From the NCBI RefSeq assembly GCF_964355755.1, contig NC_092679.1, positions 5,920,201 through 5,984,200 on the forward strand: 64,000 nt of DNA, written 5' to 3'. A model generated the notes under the pieces. The model saw nothing but the letters and a program-made list of their open reading frames with translations, was not told where the DNA came from and ran no database searches. Positions 48,027 through 60,200 of this stretch are shown here, piece by piece; within the stretch, counting starts at the first letter, position 1, and every line of letters begins with the position of its first letter. The translations under genes were made by a program, and so were the position numbers. Source of the DNA: Antedon mediterranea (taxonomy: Eukaryota > Animalia > Echinodermata).

Positions 48027-51000
48027 ATGGAGAAGTTGCCGGTTGTGGGTGGTGGTGTCCAACCTACCAGCAAACATAAGCTACCTTTAAGTTTATCAGC
48101 TCAATACGTTGGGTAATTAAGGTTTACGATGTATAGTAAGATTATACATATGATTTTACAAAATAGTTAGCTAGTGCTAACTGTTTATTAGCTACCAAAG
48201 CTAGGCCATACTAGGCCTAGGCCTACTACCTTTTTTAGTAAAAAAGCAAAACGTGCTGCTCCACCAACAGCCGAGACGGTTCATTCTAAACCTCTACTAA
48301 TACTAGGCTTAGGCTGACATGCAAACGCAAAGTATTAATGCTGAATTAATGATATCCATGTTGGCTATCGTTTTACATTAACAATATAACATGTCATGTT
48401 TAATAATATAATATGATTTAAAAAATAAATGTATTTTAGTACAATGAAATGAACAAAAGGGGAAATAGCCTACCCTATTTAGGAAAACCCTTTTTGAGGA
48501 GACACTTTGTTGGTTCTCGAAAGTGCCCCTCAAAAGTGGTTTTACTTTATGTATGATTATGTAATATGTGACCAGAATTTTGGAAACATAAATCTATTTT
48601 CTTTGTGTTTATTTTCAGAACTTTCGCTTACAAAACAGTTAAAGACCGTTTACCAATAATTTTAACAAAAGTTATTGATACTGTCTATCAGCATAGAATT
48701 GCTGCTACAGAACAGCATGGAAAGGTTGGTACATATCTAGCCAGGAATAAGTATTTAATCAGAGTGACTAGTGCATTGGTATTCTTCTATTGATAGACAT
48801 GGAACATTAAACTTGGTTGAATGCTTGAGATATCTTAATTCATTACATCATACATGAATATCAACTCAACGAGTTTTCTCGAATAAGGACTATAAACCGT
48901 AGGTCTATTGTACACATCTGGCTCATGTGCACTTTAAAGAACCTAGTAATCTTTCAATAGAAGTAAGGGGTCTTTGACTGAAGAGATCGCCCAGTATAAA
49001 TAAATACAGAAATTACTATTAGAATTACTTTTATTTAAGTATATAAAAGAATAATCTATAATTTACAATGTTTTATATATTGTTAATCCATCATATATTA
49101 TCTATTGAACTGATATAGTTTTGTTTATTACAGTACAGTACATACAGCACTTTATGTTATGTTATGTTATTTATTTATTATTCAACATTTTTTGTTTTGT
49201 TTTTGACGTTATCAAATTTTTATTTTCCTTTAATTTCTGTTATTTATTTGTTAATTTCGTAGCTTAAGTTAGTTAAGATGTTTTTAAAAGGTACCAAGCT
49301 TGATTAGCCCTGAGGACTATATCTTGACTACCTTTTGTATTGATTGTTTGATACAATAAAGAAGAAGTAACTAACAAACAAACAAACAAACAATGTTAGG
49401 CGTCTACTCTATACAATTTTTTTTATAAATATTGGACCTTGTGGCTTGATAGTTGAGTGCAATTTGCAATTACGGTATGAGCGAGTAGAGCGGGTGGCAT
49501 TATCTTTTACTCTTTCTTCTGAACTCAACCTAAATTGAGAGTGGGATTATATTTTAGTATGGGACTATACTCGGTCAAATACAGTACACACAATTACTGA
49601 CATTATTTTTTAATTTATTTCATATTTTATCCTTTAACTAGTAAAAATTCATAATAAATTATAATTTATTTAATATCATTATGTAATATTCTTTTGTAAT
49701 TACAGGAAGGTGGTAGTGACTGTATAGAGATAGTGAGTCATCTCTCCAAGCTCAAACATGAGCTACAGACAAACAAAGAGTTGTTAGATATAGAGAATGA
49801 TGGGAATGACGATGTTAGAATGTGGAATCAAGTTCTCCAGCAGGAGATGGATGATGATGGCAACACTCCAAGATTTTTTAAAAGTGCTTGGCTATATGTT
49901 GAATGTTACATGTACCGCAAGATAGTGGAGTCAATTTCTCTCAGGTGATTTTAGAGATCATGTTTCTATTGTTACCAGAATAAGGGCTTTATAATTATAT
50001 CATTCATCTAATCGGAAAGCTAATGACAATGCTTTTTCTGTTATCACTCCGCGGATCTGGAAAACGCTACCTTTTGATTTGAGAGGAGCGAATTTGGCAT
50101 CTCTATTTAAATGTCAACTTAAAACTTTCTTTTTATTAATTAATAGTATTGTTAGGCGCTCTGTTCTTTGTAGGGCGCCATTTAAAAACCTGTAAAGAAT
50201 AGAATTAAATTAAACACTATGCTGATTTAGACATTTGGTCGATCATCCTTGGATCAAACTTACAAAGATATTTTTTTTGGAAATGTATGCTGAATTAGTT
50301 TCATTCATAATATATTAAACCTGCAAGTCCGCTGTAAATCCTAGAAGTGACCCTCAGCGGAGAAAGTTGTTGTCTTACATCTAGTCAGCACTTTGAGACG
50401 GTTTCACTTTAGAAATGAAAATACAAAACCTGTTATCCAATGTGTCACAATTTTTTAAATAGAGGGCAGTAGACCGATTTGTTTAAGTATCTTCCTATAC
50501 AATCGAGTAGAATCATACTTTACTAAGTTTAATAGTTAAAGCCCCATTCCCTACGTTTTTTAGATCTAATTTAAGATCACAAACTATATTTAATGTAAAA
50601 ATAATACTATAATACCAAAATGCATTGCACGCGGGTTGATATTTTTGTTTTTCACCTGTAATTCGCCCACTTTTCGATCGATCGTGAGGCCAAAACAAAT
50701 GGAAGACTCAGCGAAAATACCGGGTTTTCCCCAATTTGTATCAACGGAGTCTGGCAAAAATAGAAAGACAATTAATGCAGCAACTATACAACGTCAGGCT
50801 AGGTATATAGCTCGCGTACGATGTTCGTACGTTACCGATGTTTACCAGCTAGGCCTACAAAATTAAGCCTAGCTAGGCTAGGCCTAAGACCGTCCACGAG
50901 AGGTCGATCGCCGCGAGCTACTTAGGTAGTGCATTGTTTCCCACTTTTTATCATAATTTACCATAAAACGTACATTTAAGACAAGGAATGACATGGTTTA

Positions 51001-52322
51001 ATGTTTTTAAAGTGATATATATGTATTATTTTCCAAAAAACGTCCAAAATTGCAGGGAAGGGGTCTTTAAGCATCACTTTCTTTTGCAGTCAACATTTAA
51101 AGACATTTGATCCGTTTGGAGAACAGAAGAAAACTGCCCTCTACGATTGCCTCAAACCCGCAACTACTTTAATCCAATATTGTAATGAGAGTATTGAAGA
51201 AAAGAAAAGTCCAGATGGAATCATTGCTGAATTTTTACAGGTATATAATTTAGTCATTTATAATTGAGTACAAGCTATTTTGAGCAAGGAATTAATTATT
51301 CTCAGTTTGTTCTCTTAAGAACCCCCAATGCACTAATTTAAGACTAGAACAACTCTCCCAATACCAGACTTTTCTTAAGGTCTACATTCAAAACATGATT
51401 CAATTGTGTGTCCAGTGTCTGGTATTGGGAGAGTTGACCATAGATCCTGAACTGGTGTCTATTTGAGAGGCCAAAAGAAAATCAGTTTACCATTACATTA
51501 CAGCCAAGAGAAGAACTTGATGAACAAGAACTTATTTATGCTTATTATTTATTCTTGCAGATGTCATTGTGGGGAAATAAATGTGATCTTTCAATATCAG
51601 CTGGCATTAAAAATAGTCAGAAAGTGAGCCCTCTATCTCAACTGCACGAACTTGGATCGAAAATTCTCGTCAACAAATCTAATCAAATCTGGGACACATT
51701 GAACAAAGCAAACTTAAACAAACCTGTACGAATAGATTTCATTTTAGATAATGCAGGATACGAATTCATGTCAGATCTTTGTTTAGCCGATTGTTTAACA
51801 CGTTTAAATCTGGTAGATAAGGTCTATTTTCATTGCAAAGCAATGCCCTGGTTCGTGTCCGACGTTACTCCCGTTGACTTTTCCTGGACGCTTGATATTC
51901 TTGGTCAAAATGAAAGTGTAATTTTACGAGAGTTTAGTAGGTCTGTTAAACAGAGGTTGGATGATAAGGTATGGAACGTTTCGACACACCCTTTTTGGAC
52001 CACACCTCATAGTTTCTATAGCATGGAGAAGATTTCACCTGATTTACACAGTGACCTTGCACAATCGTCTTTGCTTATATTCAAAGGCGATTTAAATTAT
52101 CGTAAATTAGTACTTGATAGAAATTGGGAGCATACAGTGTCATTTAGCGAAGCGATAAACGGTTTTCGACCTACAGCGTTGTGTTCATTGCGGACATTGA
52201 AGGCAAACGTGGTTGTAGGCCTACAAGACGGACTTGCAGAAGAACTTGGCAAGGCAAATCCAAACTGGATGGTATCAGGTGAATATGCGGTTATTGAATT
52301 TGCTGCAAAAAGTTTTATATGA
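48027..52322 (+). CDS. ARMT1: Damage-control phosphatase ARMT1 (DUF89 family), complete, 447 aa. Exons: 48027-48112, 48619-48724, 49706-49944, 51090-51240, 51561-52322
   Basis: Motifs FAYKTVKDRLPIILTKVID, WLYVECYMYR, FDPFGEQK, LWGNKCDLS, DNAGYE, PWFVSD, FKGDLNYRKL and RTLK. 86+106+239+151+762 = 1344 nt in frame; all introns GT-AG. Confidence 0.96.
50540..51066. mobile_element. Kolobok-like (TTAA-target) MITE in ARMT1 intron 3
   Basis: TTAA-AGCCCCATTCCCT...AGGGAAGGGGTCT-TTAA with a CpG-rich interior. Confidence 0.6.
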
Positions 52323-53595
52323 TTTTGAGACAAATCATTAGATTTGTCAATGATTAGATGTTTTTATATATGGAGTGGAGTTGTGGCTTGGCAGGATTTT
52401 TTCTAATGACCATTTACAACTCCACTCCCAAAGACGTTTTTTATCCTTTAAAAAGGATAATGAATTAATTCGCTTATGGTTATCCTTGGCAATTTGCCTA
52501 AATATATAATTTAAAAAAAATATGCGTTCTCGTCGGAACAAATGAGCACAGTTCCAAGTAAAAAAAATGATGAAATTAAAATTAATTTATTCTAAAAATA
52601 CTGGGCCAATGGTTTTTTTAAATTCGCTGATTGTATTATAAAATTTGATTTTAAATAAATAGTCGAGGATAGATTGGAAGGTTGAAAATTTTATTGACAA
52701 ATCACAGAAGTTGTGTACCCCAAAATAATATACACCTCCATAGCAAAGTTATTCCTAAAATCTATACATTGTATATTAATATAATAATAATAATAATAAT
52801 TACACGTGTTTGGTTTACTGGTAGTTATGAGTAGATCTCTTAGTATCATTACTATCAAGTGGTTCCCACTAGGACGCAACATGACCAATGACAAGCGACA
52901 GTTTGGATAATACATCGTTTGTGATTGGTCAAATTACTTGTGTAGAACTTGCATCCTTGTTTTGCGTCTAAGAGGGAACCAAGGTTAACGTCAGACTTAC
53001 TTCAGAAGAAATGAATACAAATATACAAAAGAAATTGATTAATACTATTTTTTTTATATAAAACAAAAACCAATTTGTTAAAAACAGTCATAAGATAAGG
53101 TATAAATACACAACATACACTTTGTAATATTATATACTGAGTACTATCTTCATGATTTACAATTTGATTTACAAGAAAGTATATAAGATGGTTACCTATA
53201 TTATCAATAAATGTTCAATTTCATATACTACTAATGTATCAATAAGTTGCTATAAATATAACTATATATTTTGCGCTACTAAAAGGAGAAAACACTTGGA
53301 ATAAATAGACTTAATATTTATATTAGTTAAACAATTGTTTTTAAATAAACTGAAACAACCTATTTATAACCTTTTAGTCTAGTAGGTAGAAATAAGCCCT
53401 ATATAATAGTATCCTTATATACAATGTATTATGTTGTGTTTTTTCGTCTAAAACTTTCAACTCATCTTAATAACAACTTTGGTATCATTAGTAATTTGAT
53501 TCTTGGAAACCTGTATTAACATATACATCAATAAAAGCAATGTTAAATGTAAAATACATAGCAGAACAGTTATATTTAGGGAAGGGGTGAGGAAG

Positions 53596-53808
53596 AGTTC
53601 AAGTTCAAAAAACATTTATTTATTCAACAATGGCATTATACAGTATAATATAATTATAGGTGTGTACATAAATGAAAACATAGTAATAAGCCATCATTTG
53701 GGGTCTTCTCTAGAAGAAAACAAGTTTCTTGTCTCGAGAAAGACCCCAGAAGAGGTGCAATTGACCTGGTTTCCAAGGTGAAAATGATAACGGTCCAGAA
53801 CAACATAA
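53596..53808 (-). mobile_element. 5'-truncated LINE/SINE tail with ~25-bp TSD
   Basis: TATATTTAGGGAAGGGGTGAGGAAG (53571-53595) and TATATTTAGAGAAGGGGTGATGAAG (53809-53833); the minus-strand end reads AATAAATAAATG...TTGAACTTGAACT. Confidence 0.5.
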
Positions 53809-56800
53809 TATATTTAGAGAAGGGGTGATGAAGCTGTGTAATTTTCCTGATTTCAAATGTTAAAAATAATAATATTAATGTATACTATATATAGTACAAA
53901 TATATAAAAAATTTCTTTATAACAAAATTATAAAATTTAGATTAGCGATACACACACATTTTACAAATAATTATGCCATTTTTGTAATGCCTATAGTTTG
54001 TGTGAATACTATACACACAGTAGAACTGCTATTAAGGGGACACCTTCAGGACCTAAGAAAGTATCCCTTAATGGGGATGTCCCTTAATGGGGATGTCCCC
54101 ATGGGATTGACCATATTGCCACTTGTTCACATGGTATGAAAGTGTCCCCCTAATAGGGGTGAAAAGGAGGGGCCCTTCTGTGTGGTTGCCTATTATAATT
54201 TAAATACACAGTGGAAGTTTTATGTGAAGGTTTAAAAAAAAAAAGAAACAATTAGTTTTATACTTTAGAAATTGAATACACAGAATCAAAGTCAATAGAC
54301 TTGTCATTTAGGTTTTTCTATCGATTTCATTGGACATAGAATTTGACAGTTTTAACGAACGTTTTTTTTAATACCGTGGACATTACATCATTTGCATATC
54401 TTGCTTGCGTTTGGCCTAACCAAATCTGAGGATATGTTTTATCAGTAATTTATTTTTGTTTATGCCACTGATGCCTAGCTAAGAAAACAAAATAATGTAA
54501 ACACTAAAAACTCAGGGGCAGATCCAGGATTTTCCGCCTGGAATCACCTCTAAAACTGCCCCACGACAAGGATAATAATAGTATCTGTATACAATCCTTT
54601 ACGTTAAACCAGTAAATAAATACGTACATGGGCGACGTTTTGACTTGTTATCAACAAGTCTTCATCTGAAAAGCCAAATAATTTTGGCAAATCACAAAGT
54701 TTTCCAATAGGAGGTGCTTCTCTACAGCAAATCTACACCCACCAACCACTAACATCCAGTCAGTGCCAGGTGAAGTCAAAACATTATTTATTTAACGTAA
54801 AATTGTATACAGATACTGTATTACTAAAAATTTACTAAGGAGATGATAATAATGACAACATTACATATAGGAAAACCTGCTAGAGTAAACAAAATAGGCA
54901 AGTATGTATAATAGAGATAGATTCATGGCTTTTTTGTCAAAGAACTTAACTAAGCTTTACCGGTTCTAATTAAAAAGATGTTAATAAACCAGGCAAGTAT
55001 CAAGGTACAGTAGTTAGTATACATTTTGATTGGCAAATGTTAGCTCAATATACGGATAAAAAACGTGTAAATATACCCAAAATATGATATAATATACTAT
55101 ATAAAACCAATTACTTCAAAACATCTACCCTAACGTAGCTTAGTGCTTTGTTTAAAACTTGCTAGTATTTCAGCAGACTGTGATTGTTGCCATATATGGC
55201 ATGTTACAATACAAGGCTTCATATTCTGAGAAAAATTACAGAAAAACATGTTTAAAGGAAAGAAATATGTACCAGTATAATAGATACTGTATACATTAAG
55301 CACTCAAACCTTTTAAAAAAAAAATGTGTACAGGCCTTGTATTTTCAAAATTGTAGGTGTGCAACAAATTGCAGGGGTGCTGTTTGTACTTTGGTGTGTA
55401 GAAGTTTACCAAATTTAGGCGTGTTGTAAATCGCACTCCTCAAGGGCAGTTTAGGAGTGTGTTAGGTGAGTGATCACTCTCGCTCGCCTTAAAAGACAAG
55501 GCCTGCATGTATACCACATTTTTTAACAAAACCTGCAACAGTACTGACAGTGGTGTAACGTAGAGACCCAAGGCCCCTGGTTTAGGAACCCGAAGTGGCC
55601 CTCCAACGCTGGAGGCCTTGGGCATTTTTAGTCTTTTTTGACATATTTTAATGCCTGTTTTATCCTATGGGCATTGCTCAATGGCACTCATAAGCTCTGG
55701 GGCTCCTGGGTTTAATTTGTCAACATCATAATGAGTGGCAATACATTCCAAATAGGATTTATGTAGTACAAAAATAATGGATACACATAAAGATATATTG
55801 CAAAGGTTTTAACTTGTGGATCAAATAATAATAATGATGATGAAAAAATGTATTTGCTTACAACACATTCTTGTATAAGCTCATCGCTCCATGTCAACAT
55901 AACATTTAGTAGACAAGAACGAATAGGTAGTATGGATGTATTAAACAGTGAATGGAATAAATCAAAATTCAGGATGGGCTTATTTTACAAGGTGGGCTTA
56001 AAACTGAGTCTGTATGGAAATACAGTAAATAATTGAGTGAACAGACTTGGATACAAAAATGGCCGTCTGTCATGTGCAGCATTTAAAGTAGAGAAACCAT
56101 TCAATTTTGGCTGGTGTGTAAAGCTCAACTTTGAGCACTAGTATTGCAAGGTTTTCAAAAAATGAATAAAGTTATGTTGAGACCAAATTAAATGTTGTCG
56201 TCTTCTGGAGTTATAAAATGTGTCATATGGTGTGCAGTACCTTGCTATAGTGTTAAATACTGTATTCACCATGCAAACCGCCATAAACAATCTTAATTTA
56301 AACATTAAATTAATTAGAGGGAAGGTTAAGCGTGGTTCCCACTGGCAACACAAGGACGTAACGCAACGCAAGTGAATTGACCAATCACAAGCGATGGCTT
56401 ATTCGCTTGTGAATGCTAACTGTCTATAACTTCGCTTGTCATTGGTTAAAACGCTTGCGTTACGTTCTAGTGGGAACCAAGCTTTAGTTTTGAAGTCTAA
56501 GAAGTGATATTTAAAGGCCTGACGAAATAATTTCAAGCATTGATATTTCCATCAAATGTTGCATTGTTAATAGAGGTACATGATGGGATTGAAATAAATA
56601 ATAATAATAATAAATACTTAGTCAAGCAAAATACATACATTTTTTGCTAAATTTACAAAATTGATATTTTTAAATATGATTCTCTAAAACAAGGAATAAC
56701 TAAAAATTTTAAAAACCAATATTATAAAAAAATTATACTTTTTACATTGAAATTCTGAATGAATATTTAAAAAATGAATAACATACAGTGAAGGTTTACT

Positions 56801-57257
56801 TTCCTAGAAAATTATCGTTTTGGGAGAGTTTCCAGTTTTCATAAAATCTGTATTGCAAATAATACTTGAAGATCAAAGGTAAAATAAAAATGCAAATTAA
56901 AAAAATTATATTACACAGTGCATTTTACATACATTATTTGTGTGCATTCAAGTCAAGTCGTAAGTCAGAAACCTCAGAAAAAAATAAATCTGCATAATAT
57001 ATGAGAGTTAGTTATTAGTTATGGCACACACAAACCACACATTACAGTATATAAACTTATTTCATCCAATATACACTACATGCCTAGCTTTTTTGAAATT
57101 CACCCTTATACTACAGGCCCTATTTTCAGAATTGGAACCCTCACCAAAACGGTTTTTACCAGCGAATTCCCCCACCTTGAATTAGCGGCCTATAGCTTTC
57201 CCCTTGATATGGCTTGCTAAAGGCTTTAATTCACACTTGTATGTTTTCAATTCTTCA

Positions 57258-60200
57258 CTAGTGATGTTTAATTTTTCCATTGGTAATTTGCTGTTTTGTC
57301 CCATTAATCACCGTGCTATGATTGCCATTCTTCACATGTCCGTTCCCCACATGGTGGTTACCATTCATATGTGTTTTGACTCCGTTTGTTGGCTGTTCTT
57401 CAGTGTCAGGTGTGAGGTAAGGAGATATTCGTTCTTCTAGAGGTAGACGTGAATACTTCAGAGATATTTGGTCGCCAATGTCGCTTAAAATGCTAAGGGC
57501 CTAAAACAAAAAAAAGAATATATTGATATTATAAACCATAAGTCTAGCGTAAACAATTTATTTGCCTGTACATTAAATGCAGTATAATTTTAGAAATAAG
57601 AGCAGTGGTTTTGATATACAGTATAAACAAAATTTATTTACAAAAATGGAAATTCATTTATTCATTCATATTGGTATATTTATTAAAATCATCTTCACAG
57701 AAAATTTTTTACATTATTACAAGGTACTTAAAATATTTAAAATGTTTAAAAAAGATAGCATAAAATAACATAAAAAATTGAAAAACACACAATACATCAT
57801 ATAAAAACATTAAAATAAACGAATATAAATAACATAAATAATGTACTAATAAGTAATAGTTATGACTTACTTTATCCAACTGTTCTTTGGTGTGTGAAGA
57901 CGACAAACAGATTCGGCATCTTGCTTCGATAAGTGGCGTTGCTGGGAAACCAACTACAACAACAGCTAAGCCTCGTGCTCTACACTCACGGGCTATTACA
58001 CTAAAATCATAAAAAACTTTATAACACACGGAATAATTATAAAACAGAAACACAGAAATTAAGTTTTTTTTTAAATGTGTCATATGGCTCCATGGAAGAG
58101 GGCTACCCTAGGGCCAAAGGAAGAGCAGTGTTATAACTGAGAGGGCTACTCTAGGTTATAATGAATAGTAGTGTTATAACGGAGATGGCTAACCTAGGGC
58201 CTAATGAAAAGCAGTATGATAAAGGGCTACTCTAGGGTCTAAGAGCAGTGTGATAAACTGAGAGGGCTACCCTACTCAAATATATATATTTTAACATTTT
58301 AAATATTTTAACCTTTAATGGCCAACAGAAGCTTTTTATCTTTAAAAGATAAGATTATAAAAGTGTTAGGTAGGTTACCACTAAAAGGGAAAAAACCGGT
58401 GTGAAATCTAAATAATAAAAGTAATAAGTTACTTATTGATAACATTGTACTACAATTGACATCGAACAAACCAAACAAACAGACTTAATTTTGTTTACAA
58501 TTTCCTGTTTTTTTGGTATTCTTATTCTGTTTCCCCTTTTGACCTTTTCATCTACAGTCTTTAAATATTCTCAATTCTGACAAGTTTATCTATAAACTAC
58601 AGTAGAACCTCTGTTAAGGGTACACATTCAGGACCAAAGTGTACCTTTCAGGAGTGTACACTGGGGTTGGCCATAGTGTTACTTGTTCATTTCATAAGAA
58701 AGTGTCCACTTAAAAGGGTGTCTCTCAAATAAGTGTGTCCCAAAGGACTATTACTACTATTGTAATGCTCACAATTAAATTGTGTTTTTTTTATCGTTAT
58801 ATAATGGTTATTTAAGTTTACTGGGCCCAACATTTTGTTAAATTCTAATTGTAAATGTGTTTAGGACATTGTCTTGAATGAAATGTTCAGCATAAAAGAT
58901 AGGTGACAAACAGTGGAGTGGAGTTGTGGCTTGGTGGTTATGATGCTTGGCTACAACTCCAAGGGTCCTGGGTTCAACTCCCTAAGGCTTGTAATAAGAC
59001 TTTGTTTATGTAGAGTATCTTATGTATATGATTGTCTTGTGAACCTCTGAGTAGTTGCTGGATGGATCACCCTCATTAAATATGGTAAAAAAAAACACAA
59101 AAAAACACTTACGCTAGCTTGCCTGGCATGTACACCAACAATGGAATAACTGGCGAGTCTTTGTTTCCGTAAATTACAAAACCTAACTCATTCATCCTCC
59201 GACGAAAATATCGTGTGTTCTCGGCCAGCTTTGTGATTCTGTTCAGTTCTGTTAACATAAGAATATTAACTATAGTAATGATTACTAAAATTTTAAATGT
59301 AAAGATGTATATGTTTGTATAATGTAATGTTTAAGCAGATATTAGCCCTTGATGGCATTAGCAGCAATAAAGAAATTTAATTGAATATTATATATTTTTG
59401 TTTAAATTGCATAACACAAGGAAATTATTATTTAAAAAAATTTAAAAACAAAAAAAATACGTTATTGATCTTGACTACATACCTGAGTGGCAGTTCCTTC
59501 CCATGATGCATGACATACTGGAGATGATTTGTTGAACTACAGGGGGCGGCATGGATGTTGCATAAGTTGTGCTATGGGAACATGTCCTCAAGTGGTCTAC
59601 TAATTTCTATTTTTAAGAGGATAAAAAAAGTAAGATTACTTAGTGTGTGTAATAAAAGACCCCAAGCTATATCGAAGTTCACCTCATTTCTAAATTATTT
59701 CCATTGTAATATCTGCAGGTAAGGGGAAATAAAAAGTACCTTAGTACCCCCGATGTATCCGCCTGATGCGCCGAAACTCTTTGTAAATGTTCCCATCATT
59801 ACATCTACATCTTTAGGATCAAGACCGAAATAATCAACCACTCCACGCCCATGAGGTCCAATAGCTCCTATGCTATGGGCTTCATCAAGGTAAACGTATG
59901 CTTTGTATTTTTTTTTTAATGCAATCAGTTCTGGTAGCCTCACAATAGACCCTTCCATACTGAAAAACATTAACAGTTTAGTTTAAAACATTTTATAATA
60001 ACGAAACTAAAATAGTCATGATTTTTATCTGGATTGGCATAATTTTAAATATTTGTTGTTATCAAGTTTTCCTTTTAGTCATAAATGTTATAAAGTAGTA
60101 GAAGAATCTCAACTGCATAATTATTGTATCATACAAAACTATGTAAGATTATAAAATGTATGCGTGAACAATTAGGCCTAAAGAAGCCATACACAACTTA

